Assembly: GCA_045646685.1 (NCBI GenBank)
Contig: JAZRLD010000069.1
Coordinates: forward strand, 136 to 64,135
Length of the DNA: 64,000 bases
Direction of reading: 5' to 3'
Source of the DNA: Alistipes sp.
GTDB taxonomy: Bacteria; Bacteroidota; Bacteroidia; Bacteroidales; Rikenellaceae
Shown here: piece by piece, positions 39,113 through 48,766 of the stretch
How the letters are laid out: each line of letters opens with the position of its first letter
Position numbering within the stretch: the first letter of the stretch is position 1
Position numbers and translations under genes: made by a program
Notes under the pieces: model-generated
What the model saw: the letters and a program-made list of their open reading frames with translations, nothing else
Databases searched by the model: none
Told to the model about the DNA's origin: nothing

Positions 39113-39201
39113 AGTCGATATTAGGTTTATTTTCGAAAAACGGTGTAAATTTATGAAAAAAAAGCGGGACTCAAATAAATTATCTATTTTTAGCCTATAA
39201 T

Positions 39202-39615
39202 TTAGCGTTTTAGAACATTTTTACAATCCAAAAGTAGGTTTGACAGAGCATATTCTCCTCCGCCCGAAATTACCAACGTAATGTATATGCCCATATATAC
39301 AAACACCAACCTCGAGGCATCGGCGGAGAGCGCTCCCGCAACAAAAGCCTCCCACAGCGCAACAGCCGACACGACAACCATCAGCAGCGAGGCTACACGC
39401 GTTCCGACACCCATAATTATCATTGCGGCAAACAACCCTTCAAAGAGTATCGTTATGGCAAACGACGTGGCTTGGCTAAAGCCGAGAAGGGATTGAAACC
39501 CTAAAACATAGTTATCATAATCCTGCAGCTTACCGACTATGTGCAGCAGCATCACACCACTGATGAAGATTCGCAAAAACAGAATTGCCATATCACAAGA
39601 ACGGGACTTTATCAT
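39202..39615 (-). CDS. DoxX family membrane protein
   Basis: LFLRIF..GVMLLH...KL, four TM helices, GGGEYAL. Confidence 0.85.
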   Translation of the reverse strand: MIKSRSCDMAILFLRIFISGVMLLHIVGKLQDYDNYVLGFQSLLGFSQATSFAITILFEGLFAAMIIMGVGTRVASLLMVVVSAVALWEAFVAGALSADASRLVFVYMGIYITLVISGGGEYALSNLLLDCKNVLKR

Positions 39616-39645
39616 ACTCAAAAATATTTCTCAACATAGTGACGT

Positions 39646-39663
39646 TCAAAAAATATTCCATCG
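39646..39663 (-). promoter_or_regulatory. Sigma54-like -24/-12 site upstream of doxX-ytfJ-omp85-eptA
   Basis: Minus strand cgaTGGAAT-atttt-TTGA; near-copy of 35302-35319. Confidence 0.5.
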
Positions 39664-39736
39664 CATCATTTTGCCTAAATTTTGCGACTCTGCGAAAAAG
39701 AGTTATATTTGCAAAAACATCAAATTTTAGAGCATT

Positions 39737-40213
39737 ATGAAACAAAAGATACTTTTTGTCTGCCTGGGAAACATCTGCCGTTCACCGGCTGCGCACGGCG
39801 TTATGGAGGATGTGGTTGCGGCTAACAATTTGACCGATAGGGTAGAGATTGATTCGGCAGGAACATACGGCGGCCACGCAGGCGAGTTGCCCGACCCGCG
39901 TATGCGCTCGGCGGCATCGCGCAGAGGTTATAACCTCACGCACCGTTCACGCAAATTTCGCGAGGATGATTTCTATGAGTTCGACAAGATTATCGTGATG
40001 GACGATAGCAACTACGAAAATGTATCGCGCTTGGCTCCCGAACGGGCATATTTGAATAAAGTCTTCCGTTTTGTGGAGTTCTGCACGCATCACCCCGAGT
40101 GGACATACGTGCCCGACCCATACTACGAAGGTCGTGAGGGTTTTGAGTTGGTGTTAGACCTTTTGGAAGATGGTTGCGAGGGTCTGATGACGCAAATTAA
40201 AAAAGAGTTATAG
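39737..40213 (+). CDS. Low-molecular-weight protein-tyrosine phosphatase
   Basis: VCLGNICRS P-loop and DPYY. Confidence 0.95.
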   Translation: MKQKILFVCLGNICRSPAAHGVMEDVVAANNLTDRVEIDSAGTYGGHAGELPDPRMRSAASRRGYNLTHRSRKFREDDFYEFDKIIVMDDSNYENVSRLAPERAYLNKVFRFVEFCTHHPEWTYVPDPYYEGREGFELVLDLLEDGCEGLMTQIKKEL

Positions 40214-40250
40214 AAAGGTGGGATCTTATACACCTTTCTATAACTCTTTT
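40201..40250. terminator. Bidirectional terminator (perfect 20-bp inverted repeat)
   Basis: aaaagagttatagaaaggtg (40201-40220) / cacctttctataactctttt (40231-40250). Confidence 0.75.
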
Positions 40251-40251
40251 C

Positions 40252-40821
40252 TTAATCGGCATATCTTAGAAAATCAAAATCGTAACTAATAACTTTTGTT
40301 GGGTTATTAAGTACCACTCTAATCATACGATAGCGATTATTTAATTCTAAAGCAGTTGGAAATTTCCTATTTTTTGATTTTATCAATACATAATATGTAC
40401 CATATGGAACACTAATATCATACATTCCAGTAGAATTTACAATAGTAGTATATTTCACTAAGCCTTTTTCTATTATATTGTCTTTTTCAACTGTTAATTT
40501 CACGCCAAGTTCTTGAATTATATCTTTGTCGCTAATTTTTAGACCTGACTTTTCGTAAGATATAGTTTCTCCATAATACCGTCTTAGTTCTCCAAAATTT
40601 ATCCATTTGTCTATCAATGATTGATATGTTTCCCATGTTTGTCTATCTGGAATTTTATAAGTAGGCGAATACTTAATAAACATTACCTCTGCTCCTAAAT
40701 CAGGTCTATATCCCAAATAATCATTGTGGTAATATTGAATAACACCTTGAACTTTACATTGTTGAGCAGATGCATTAAAGCACAATATGCTTAAAAAGCA
40801 TATAATAAAAAACTTTTTCAT
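40252..40821 (-). CDS. Hypothetical secreted protein (AT-rich)
   Basis: 189-aa ORF with Sec signal (NASA/QQ); 4-bp overlap with the upstream ORF. Confidence 0.65.
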   Translation of the reverse strand: MKKFFIICFLSILCFNASAQQCKVQGVIQYYHNDYLGYRPDLGAEVMFIKYSPTYKIPDRQTWETYQSLIDKWINFGELRRYYGETISYEKSGLKISDKDIIQELGVKLTVEKDNIIEKGLVKYTTIVNSTGMYDISVPYGTYYVLIKSKNRKFPTALELNNRYRMIRVVLNNPTKVISYDFDFLRYAD

Positions 40822-41033
40822 ATTACCGATTCAATTATTAGATTTTTAATATCGTCAAAAGATTGTCTAACTGCGATCCTCTCAATTTTATAGGGAGATG
40901 AACCATCACAGTCTGAGGTGTAAAAATTAATGTATGAAGTATCGTATGATACTTTCATAACATTTGCAATACTTTTAACGTTAATTGCGATTTTAGTACC
41001 ACAATCAGTTTGTACTTGAATAAATCCTCGCAT
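40818..41033 (-). CDS. Hypothetical 71-aa protein, loosely FlbD/SwrD-like or phage-like
   Basis: Pattern FIQV....G.KIAIN..SI..V...IAV.QSFDDIK.LI; coupled to the next ORF. Confidence 0.55.
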   Translation of the reverse strand: MRGFIQVQTDCGTKIAINVKSIANVMKVSYDTSYINFYTSDCDGSSPYKIERIAVRQSFDDIKNLIIESVI

Positions 41034-41080
41034 ATTTTTAGAGATTTAAGTCTTAGGCTCCATAAGACTATTATACAAAA

Positions 41081-41279
41081 GAAAGTGTGGAGCTGACTTT
41101 CGTTTATCTGATAAGAGGCTCTGGAATGCCCAAACTGAAATAAACGACACAAGACCCCACACCCATATACGATATGGAGTCTTAGCCACATATCAATACA
41201 GATGAAGAGTGTTATCATCATCCTTTCAGTTTTGAAATTTTCCAGATTTCTTATCAAGGATTAAAGCGAAAACACTTTC
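41081..41279 (-). ncRNA. Unassigned highly structured RNA element (leader or ncRNA)
   Basis: Five nested inverted-repeat pairs plus inner helices whose G.U pairs form only on the minus strand; TACCTTTG promoter at 41329-41322. Confidence 0.55.
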
Positions 41280-41424
41280 ATTAAAATATGTAATATTGAG
41301 AGCTTATCGCTCACAACACTACAAAGGTAAAAAAGATTTCGCAAATGACAACACTCTATTGGGATCTTGTTTAAAGAAAATAACTTATTTCTTTATTGCT
41401 TAACGAATAAATTAAGATTAATAT

Positions 41425-41464
41425 AAAAAAAGGTGCTAACAAATCAATGTTAGACACCCTTCTT
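41425..41464 (-). terminator. Terminator after rhaT
   Basis: ggtgctaaca / tgttagacacc hairpin with an A-run on the left. Confidence 0.7.
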
Positions 41465-41466
41465 TC

Positions 41467-42480
41467 CTATTTCAGCAACTCGGGTAGGAACGAACTTATT
41501 ATAAGTATTGCAATTCCTGCCAGCAAAACCACAATCGTTTTGCGCGAGCAGCCTTTCCACTCCTTGAGGATTATACCCCACACGTTTGAGAAGACAACGT
41601 TGAGCGCCATCAGGATACACCAGCTGAAGGTCAGAAGCGACGGAGAGTCTGTCAAGAATCCCTTACCCAAACTCAAACCGAAGAACTGACTATACCACAG
41701 CACTCCAGCCAAAGCGCAGAAAAGCAGGTTATTAGCCCAAAGCGAAGACTTGCCATAGTCCGCGAATGTCTTGTTGTGAGCATTCTGGCAGAGGCAATAT
41801 ACAGCATTGGTCATAAAGCCGCCCAACGTCACCATAAATGTAGCGGGCAAGGTCTTGTAAATATCAGCCGTAGCATCGCCGAAGTTAAGCACCTCGCCAA
41901 AGCCCAAACCAATATTAAAACAAGCGCTCATAAATCCCGCCAAGAGAGCAACGGCAATACCTTTAGTAAAGTTAAAATCCTTCACTGCGGCACGCTTCTC
42001 CTCCTCAGAGAGCGACTGCGACTTCATATGTCCCGCCACGCCAATAACGGCAATACCCAAAAGCGTAACTACCACGCCAATCACAACCGATGCAGTCAAA
42101 TCGCCGGGACGGCCAAGCAATAGGGGAGTGAGGATTGTTCCCAAACCTGCACAAGTACCGAGAGCAATCGACTGACCGAGCGCCACACCCAAATAACGCA
42201 TCGAAAGACCGAAGGTCAAACCTCCTACGCCCCACAATACGCCAAACAGAGCCGTCAACATACTCTCCTTGGGATGAGCGAGGTACAACTCCGCAAGCGA
42301 ACTACCCTCGGGTACGGCCAACATAGCACCCAAGATAGGGAACACCAACCAAGCAAAGACACCCTGCACGAGCCAATACGACTCCCAGCTCCACTGCTTG
42401 ATTTTATTGATTGGCACATAGCTACTCGACTGACAGAATGCGCCAATGGCTATAATCAATAAGCCTATTATAATCTCCAT
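41467..42480 (-). CDS. rhaT: L-rhamnose/proton symporter
   Basis: WSWESYW, LWGVGGLTFGLSMRYLG, WGIILKEW; in the rha cluster. Confidence 0.93.
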   Translation of the reverse strand: MEIIIGLLIIAIGAFCQSSSYVPINKIKQWSWESYWLVQGVFAWLVFPILGAMLAVPEGSSLAELYLAHPKESMLTALFGVLWGVGGLTFGLSMRYLGVALGQSIALGTCAGLGTILTPLLLGRPGDLTASVVIGVVVTLLGIAVIGVAGHMKSQSLSEEEKRAAVKDFNFTKGIAVALLAGFMSACFNIGLGFGEVLNFGDATADIYKTLPATFMVTLGGFMTNAVYCLCQNAHNKTFADYGKSSLWANNLLFCALAGVLWYSQFFGLSLGKGFLTDSPSLLTFSWCILMALNVVFSNVWGIILKEWKGCSRKTIVVLLAGIAILIISSFLPELLK

Positions 42481-42483
42481 ACG

Positions 42484-43740
42484 TTATGCGCGCTTTGATG
42501 TAACTTCAGCCTCATACTTATTTACGTCGGCGATAAACTCCTCGCCAACGGGAACGCCATTGCGCAAGCAGAACATATCCCACACAGCATTCCACGGCAA
42601 TGACTTACACTCCTCCAACAGAGCCAAACGCTCGAAGCCCTTACCCTCAGCCTCATACTCACGCAAAGTTGTGATAGGCTCCAGCAACGCCTGCAACAAG
42701 CACTTCTGCGTAGCACGCGCACCGATAACGTATGCGCCGATACGGTTGATAGATGCATCGAAGTAATCCAAGCCAATATGAACACGGCCCAAAGCGTCGC
42801 AACGTACAATCTCCTTTGTCAAATCCAAAGTCTCGTCGTTGATGATTGTCACGTGGTCAGAGTCCCAACGCACGGGACGGCTCACGTGCAGCATAACCTC
42901 GGGAGTAAAGAGCAACAGAGATGACATCTTGTCGGCAATAGACTCGGTGGGGTGGAAGTGGCCTGTATCCAATGTTACCATAATACCCTTCTGGGCTGCG
43001 TAGCCAATATAGAAATCGTTGCTACCTACGGTATAGCTCTCCAAGCCGATACCGAACACCTTTGACTCAACTGAGTCGCGCATCCACTCGTACTTCTGCT
43101 CCAAAATCTCGTCGAGCGACTGCTTCAAGATAGCACGATACTTCATACGGTTTACAGTGATATCCTTCGAGCCATCGTGAATCCAGATGTTGAGCATTGC
43201 GGGGTCACCCTGGCGGCGGCCCATCTCGTCAGCAATAGCGCGGCAACGCTTAGTATGCTCTACCCAAAACTTGCGAATATCCTCCTTGGGGCTTGCGAGT
43301 GTCAAATCCTCGCTCTTGGGGTGAGAGAACGATGTTGAGTTGAAGTCGAGCTTCATACCATTCTTCTCGGCCCACTGCATCCAGCTCTCGAAGTGCTTAG
43401 GCTCAAGCTCATCGCGGTCGGCAGGGCCCGTCTCACGGAAATCAGCATAGCTGGCGTGAAGGCTCAAGCGATGCTTGCCGGGCAAGAGCGAGACAACCTT
43501 CTCGATATCGGCCTGCAACTCCTCGATTGAGCGAGCCTTGCCGGGGTAGTTACCCGTAGCCTGAATACCTCCGGTCAATGCACCAGCATCTTCAAAGCCA
43601 CTAACATCGTCTGCCTGCCAGCAGTGCAGCGACAACTGAATCTTCTGCAAAGTATCCATCGCAGCGTCGGTATCTACGCCCAATGCTGCATAACGCTCCT
43701 TGGCTATCTCATAAGCCTTCTCTATAAGTTCTTGTTTCAT
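42484..43740 (-). CDS. rhaA: L-rhamnose isomerase
   Basis: SLHCWQADDV, TGNYPGKAR, ESKVFGIG.ESY, GHFHPTE, HVSRPVRWDSDHV. Confidence 0.97.
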   Translation of the reverse strand: MKQELIEKAYEIAKERYAALGVDTDAAMDTLQKIQLSLHCWQADDVSGFEDAGALTGGIQATGNYPGKARSIEELQADIEKVVSLLPGKHRLSLHASYADFRETGPADRDELEPKHFESWMQWAEKNGMKLDFNSTSFSHPKSEDLTLASPKEDIRKFWVEHTKRCRAIADEMGRRQGDPAMLNIWIHDGSKDITVNRMKYRAILKQSLDEILEQKYEWMRDSVESKVFGIGLESYTVGSNDFYIGYAAQKGIMVTLDTGHFHPTESIADKMSSLLLFTPEVMLHVSRPVRWDSDHVTIINDETLDLTKEIVRCDALGRVHIGLDYFDASINRIGAYVIGARATQKCLLQALLEPITTLREYEAEGKGFERLALLEECKSLPWNAVWDMFCLRNGVPVGEEFIADVNKYEAEVTSKRA

Positions 43741-43757
43741 TGTATTTAGGTTTTAAG

Positions 43758-45227
43758 TTATAACTCTTTATATACGTTCAAATATTTCTCATACGCAGCT
43801 CTCCACGCCTCCTCATCTTGCGGCTCGTAACGCTTGCGGTCGTCGAGAGATTCGCGAATCATAGTGCGCATATCCGAAATGGTATTCACCACACCTGCCC
43901 ACTTGGCCTGCATCATTACGTTTCCTATGGCTGTTGACTCCGATGAGCCAGTCTCCACGGGAATACCTATGGCATTTGCCGTACATTGGTTGAGCATAGC
44001 ATTGCGCGCACCGCCACCAATTACATACAATCGCTCGATAGCCACGGGCGACAACTCGCGTAGCATCTCCACCACCTGACGATAGCGCAAAGCGAGTGAC
44101 TCAAAAATACAACGCACATACTGTCCTACGCTTTCGGGCGCAGGCTGAGAAGTTGCTTGGCAATACTCCGCAATGGCCATAGTCATCGAGGCTGGATTTG
44201 CAAAGCAGGGCGCATCGGGATTTATCAACGAGCGGAACGCCTCCTCCTTCTCGGCGGCGGCAATCAAATCGCCATAGCTCATCTCTGGCCACTCGGTGCG
44301 GCAACGCTCCAAGAGCCACATTCCGCAGATATTTTTCAGCACGCGGATAGTGCCCTCAATACCGCCCTCGTTAGTGAAGTTCATTGCAAAGCTCTGCTCC
44401 GATATTATCGGCTCCTGCGACTCTATACCCATCAGCGACCACGTACCCGAACTAAGGTAGGCCGACTTCTCATCCTCCATCGGAACGGCCGCCACAGCCG
44501 AGCCTGTGTCGTGACTCGCCACAGCAACCACGGGTACTGCACCCAAACCCGTCAGGCGTTGCACCTCCTCGGTCAGCGTACCAATCTGCTCACCTGGCAT
44601 AACCATACGGCCGAAGTTATCGGCAGTCAAGCCCAGAAGCGAGAGAATATCCTCGTCCCAGAGCTTTGTACGGGGATTTATCATCTGTGCCGTAGAGGCT
44701 ATGGTGTACTCGGTAACCATCTCACCCGAAAGCAGATATGCCAACGCATCGGGGATAAAGAGAATCTTCTCCGCCGCAGCCAAAGCCGAGCAGTTGTTAC
44801 GGCGCAGTGTGTCGAGCTGGAAGACAGAATTAAAATTCATTATCTGAATACCCGTCTTTTCGTATAACGTCTTGCGAGGCATACGCTCAAAGAGTTTCTC
44901 GGGCGCACCGACAGTATGCGGATCGCGGTAGCAATAGGGGAGTCGCAACATTGCGCCATCATTACCAAAGCATACAAAATCAACACCCCACGTGTCGATA
45001 CCTATCGACTCGATATTTACGCCAAGTGCAGCAATTTTTGCCAAGCCGTCAACAACAGATTTGTATATAGCGGGAAAGTCCCAATAAAAATGTCCCTGCA
45101 TCTCAACAATGGGGTCGGCGAAGCGATGAATCTCCTCCATAGAGATTTTACCATCGCAGAGCGTCGCCAAAATCACGCGACCGCTGGTAGCTCCCAAGTC
45201 GATAGCAGCAAAATGATGAGTAGCCAT
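43758..45227 (-). CDS. rhaB: Rhamnulokinase
   Basis: AIDLGATSGR, IDTWGVD, SHDTGSAV, SSGTWSL, FTNEGG. Confidence 0.93.
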   Translation of the reverse strand: MATHHFAAIDLGATSGRVILATLCDGKISMEEIHRFADPIVEMQGHFYWDFPAIYKSVVDGLAKIAALGVNIESIGIDTWGVDFVCFGNDGAMLRLPYCYRDPHTVGAPEKLFERMPRKTLYEKTGIQIMNFNSVFQLDTLRRNNCSALAAAEKILFIPDALAYLLSGEMVTEYTIASTAQMINPRTKLWDEDILSLLGLTADNFGRMVMPGEQIGTLTEEVQRLTGLGAVPVVAVASHDTGSAVAAVPMEDEKSAYLSSGTWSLMGIESQEPIISEQSFAMNFTNEGGIEGTIRVLKNICGMWLLERCRTEWPEMSYGDLIAAAEKEEAFRSLINPDAPCFANPASMTMAIAEYCQATSQPAPESVGQYVRCIFESLALRYRQVVEMLRELSPVAIERLYVIGGGARNAMLNQCTANAIGIPVETGSSESTAIGNVMMQAKWAGVVNTISDMRTMIRESLDDRKRYEPQDEEAWRAAYEKYLNVYKEL

Positions 45228-45477
45228 CGTAAAGTAGTTTTAAGTTTCTTAGGTTGGTTGCGCAAACAGAGGCGCAGTATAAATTGTAACAAATTTACGA
45301 AGAATATTTTTGTTTTTAGCATATTATTCCAACCAAAATTGGAGATATAGTGGATTTCTTTAATCAATCGGCAATAAATCTCGACTGCGATTATTATATC
45401 TAATAGCAGATTATATCATTTATGATATATAAATTTCATAAAACGAAAATGTTTTTCTACCTTTGTGGGCAATTACG

Positions 45478-45819
45478 ATGATGGATAAAGGGAAAATTAC
45501 ACGCAAAATAGAGCACGAGAGACGGGTTGTGCGGGATATGATTACGCTGTATTGCCGTAAAAATCACAACACAAAGCAATTGTGCGAGCAGTGTAGCCAA
45601 CTTGCGGCATACGCCGACGAGCGCACACTCAAATGCCCACATATGGCCGAGAAGAGTTTCTGTTCGCAGTGCAAGACTCATTGCTACAAGCCCGAGATGC
45701 GCGAAAAGATTCGTCAGGTGATGCGTTATTCGGGACCAAGAATGATTTTCCACCACCCAATAGCGGCTCTCCGTCATTTGTATTACACACAGCAGGAAAA
45801 GTTAAATTCAAACAAATAA
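45478..45819 (+). CDS. YgbA-like ('nitrous oxide-stimulated promoter') Cys-rich protein
   Basis: MITLYC, CPH..EKSFCSQCKTHCY, VMRYSGPRM. Confidence 0.88.
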   Translation: MMDKGKITRKIEHERRVVRDMITLYCRKNHNTKQLCEQCSQLAAYADERTLKCPHMAEKSFCSQCKTHCYKPEMREKIRQVMRYSGPRMIFHHPIAALRHLYYTQQEKLNSNK

Positions 45820-45825
45820 TAGACG

Positions 45826-47106
45826 ATGAAACAGGACAATCAGATTTTTGATCTTATCTCTGAGGAGCGCGCACGCCAGATGCGTGGTATCGAGCTTATC
45901 GCATCGGAGAACTTCGTAAGCGAGCAGGTTATGGCCGCTATGGGTTCAGTTCTCACAAACAAGTATGCCGAGGGTTATCCCGCAGCACGTTACTACGGTG
46001 GTTGCGAGGTAGTGGACACGGTAGAGAAGTTGGCTATCGAGCGTTTGTGGGAGTTGTACGGCGCAGAGTATGCTACCGTACAGCCCCACTCAGGCGCACA
46101 GGCAAATATGGCGGTATTCTTCGCTGTATTGAAGCCCGGTGACACATTTATGGGTCTCGACTTGGCACACGGTGGTCACCTCTCACACGGTTCACCCGTA
46201 AATATGTCAGGTATGTACTTCAACGCTATCGGCTACCAGCTCAGCGAGCAGACAGGTACTATCGACTACGAGGATATGGAGCGCAAGGCATTGGAGCACA
46301 AGCCCAAGCTCATCGTTGGTGGTGCATCGGCTTACTCACGTGAGTGGGATTACAAGCGTATGCGCGAGATTGCTGACAAGGTAGGCGCTATCTTTATGGT
46401 GGATATGGCTCACACAGCAGGTCTTATCGCAGCAGGCGTATTGGATAACCCCGTAAAGTATGCTCACATCGTAACATCTACAACTCACAAGACTCTTCGC
46501 GGTCCTCGCGGTGGTATCATCTTGATGGGTAAGGATTTCGAGAATCCCTGGGGCTACACAACTCCCAAGGGCGTAGTGAAGATGATGTCACAGATCTTGA
46601 ACTCAGCTGTATTCCCCGGTATTCAGGGTGGTCCATTGGAGCACGTTATCGCAGCTAAGGCAGTAGCTTTCGGCGAGGCTTTGCAGCCCGAGTATAAGGA
46701 GTACCAGAAGCAGGTGCAGAAGAACGCAGCAGCTATGGCTGAGGCCTTCGCAAAGCGCGGTTACACAGTAGTATCTAACGGTACTGACAACCACTTGATG
46801 CTTATCGACCTTCGCTCTAAGTTCCCCGAACTTACAGGTAAGTTGGCAGAGCGTTGCTTGGTAGCAGCTGATATCACTACTAATAAGAATATGGTACCCT
46901 TCGATTCTCGCTCACCTTTCTTGACTTCTGGTCTTCGTTTCGGTACACCCGCAATCACTACACGCGGTGTGAAGGAGGATAAGATGGACTACATCGTTGA
47001 GCTTATCGACCGCGTATTGCACGACCCCGAGAATGAGGAGAACATTGCAGCAGTTCGCAAGGACGTAAACGCTATGATGGAGCAGTACCCCTTGTTCGCT
47101 TGGTAA
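45826..47106 (+). CDS. glyA: Serine hydroxymethyltransferase
   Basis: [33 protein letters not shown]. Confidence 0.98.
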   Translation: MKQDNQIFDLISEERARQMRGIELIASENFVSEQVMAAMGSVLTNKYAEGYPAARYYGGCEVVDTVEKLAIERLWELYGAEYATVQPHSGAQANMAVFFAVLKPGDTFMGLDLAHGGHLSHGSPVNMSGMYFNAIGYQLSEQTGTIDYEDMERKALEHKPKLIVGGASAYSREWDYKRMREIADKVGAIFMVDMAHTAGLIAAGVLDNPVKYAHIVTSTTHKTLRGPRGGIILMGKDFENPWGYTTPKGVVKMMSQILNSAVFPGIQGGPLEHVIAAKAVAFGEALQPEYKEYQKQVQKNAAAMAEAFAKRGYTVVSNGTDNHLMLIDLRSKFPELTGKLAERCLVAADITTNKNMVPFDSRSPFLTSGLRFGTPAITTRGVKEDKMDYIVELIDRVLHDPENEENIAAVRKDVNAMMEQYPLFAW

Positions 47107-47128
47107 GATAATTAAGTTATCTATATAT

Positions 47129-47169
47129 TAAGGGTGTTGACCTCGATGGGTTGACACCCTTATTGTTTT
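47129..47169 (+). terminator. Terminator after glyA
   Basis: taagggtgt / acaccctta inverted repeat followed by T-rich sequence. Confidence 0.7.
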
Positions 47170-47354
47170 GCCAAAAATAAAAGGCAATAGAAAATTTTAT
47201 ACCAATTTATTCGTTAATATCGTAGCTCGGGTGAAAATTCTATAAAATAATTACAAAAAGTGAAACAAAAGGGTTTCAGATTTCGTAATAGTGAGAAAGT
47301 GAAGGCAATTTATGCCACGCAAAGGTTTAACGAAAATTATAAAACGATTAAGAT

Positions 47355-48215
47355 ATGCGTCAATTAAAGATTACAAAGTCGATTACCAATCGCGAGAGTG
47401 CTTCGCTTGATAAATATTTGCAGGAGATCGGTAAGGAGGACCTCATCACCGTAGAGGAGGAGGTAGAACTCGCGCAACGTATCCGCAAGGGCGACCAGGA
47501 GGCATTGGATAAGCTTACGAAGGCCAACCTTCGTTTCGTGGTATCAGTAGCAAAGCAGTATCAGAATCAAGGACTTAGCTTGCCTGACCTCATCAACGAG
47601 GGTAACTTGGGACTTATCAAGGCTGCCGAGAAGTTCGATGAGACACGAGGCTTTAAGTTCATCTCGTATGCTGTTTGGTGGATTCGTCAGTCAATCTTGC
47701 AGGCGCTGGCCGAGCAGTCGCGTATCGTTCGCTTGCCTTTGAATCAGGTGGGTTCGCTCAACAAGATTAACAAGGCTTTCGCACGCTTCGAGCAGGAGCA
47801 CGAGCGTACACCATCACCCGAGGAGTTGGCAAACGAGTTGGAGCTTCCCAAGGAGAAGGTGTCAGACACCTTGCGTGTGGCTGGTCGTCACATCTCGGTG
47901 GATGCGCCCTTCGCCGATGGCGAGGATAACAGCCTTTTGGACGTGTTGGTTAACACCGATTCACCCAACGCCGACCGTGGCTTGATTAACGAGTCATTGG
48001 CAACAGAGGTTGACCGCGCATTGGAGACACTCACCGAGCGCGAGCGCGATATTATCAAGTACTTCTTCGGCATCGGTTGCTCGGAGATGACCTTGGAGGA
48101 GATTGGCGAGAAGTTCGACCTTACACGCGAGCGTGTGCGTCAGATTAAGGAGAAGGCAATCCGCCGCCTGCGCCACTCATCACGCAGTAAATTGTTGAAA
48201 TCTTATCTCGGATAA
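47355..48215 (+). CDS. rpoD: Primary RNA polymerase sigma factor (Bacteroidetes RpoD/SigA type, lacking region 1.1)
   Basis: [54 protein letters not shown]. Confidence 0.95.
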   Translation: MRQLKITKSITNRESASLDKYLQEIGKEDLITVEEEVELAQRIRKGDQEALDKLTKANLRFVVSVAKQYQNQGLSLPDLINEGNLGLIKAAEKFDETRGFKFISYAVWWIRQSILQALAEQSRIVRLPLNQVGSLNKINKAFARFEQEHERTPSPEELANELELPKEKVSDTLRVAGRHISVDAPFADGEDNSLLDVLVNTDSPNADRGLINESLATEVDRALETLTERERDIIKYFFGIGCSEMTLEEIGEKFDLTRERVRQIKEKAIRRLRHSSRSKLLKSYLG

Positions 48216-48234
48216 TAAGTAAGCGAAATGGATT

Positions 48235-48271
48235 AAGGCTGTCCAACTATTTAGTTGCGACAGCCTTTTTT
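48235..48271. terminator. Terminator between rpoD and the GNAT gene
   Basis: aaggctgtc / gacagcctt followed by a T-run. Confidence 0.75.
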
Positions 48272-48274
48272 GTG

Positions 48275-48766
48275 TTATTCTATTTCCAATTCCATTATAT
48301 AATCATCCATCACGAAACCAAAACCTATGTCGGCACACTCCTCAGCTATTACCTTAAAGTTTTTAGCGAGGTAAACCTCGTAAGCGTGAGTGTTATTGCG
48401 ATTTACGGTAAGATATATCGACTCAAGATTATCCTCCTTGCAGATATCAATCATACGTTGCAGGCCAAGCGAAAAGAGACCGCGACCACGATTCTGCTTC
48501 AGGATATAGAACTTGCTCAGGAACAATCTCTCGCCCTGCGGTTGCACGCCAAAATAACCCAAAATCTCATCTCCCTCCTCGATGAGAAAATAACGATACC
48601 CGTGCATCATCTGCCCCGAGATAGCCTCAAAGCTCTGAAACTTCTCAATCATATACTCCACCTGTTCGGGAGTACAAAATGCTACATTTGCCTCGCGCCA
48701 CACCTCGCGCGCAATCTTTGTCAGTCGGCGCACATCGGCCTCGCTGAAAATCTCTCTAATATTCAT
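48275..48766 (-). CDS. GNAT family N-acetyltransferase
   Basis: LSKFYI...RGRGL, LTVNRNN.HA...Y; ATG overlaps the ung stop (TGATG). Confidence 0.88.
   Translation of the reverse strand: MNIREIFSEADVRRLTKIAREVWREANVAFCTPEQVEYMIEKFQSFEAISGQMMHGYRYFLIEEGDEILGYFGVQPQGERLFLSKFYILKQNRGRGLFSLGLQRMIDICKEDNLESIYLTVNRNNTHAYEVYLAKNFKVIAEECADIGFGFVMDDYIMELEIE

Noticed and set aside
40955-41257. 100-aa ORF through the structured element
   Set aside because: Non-ATG start, no motif, and it overlaps the better 71-aa ORF; a translated leader peptide is not excluded
41081-41279. Retron ncRNA or CRISPR interpretation of the structured element
   Set aside because: No reverse transcriptase or cas gene and no repeat-spacer array in the window
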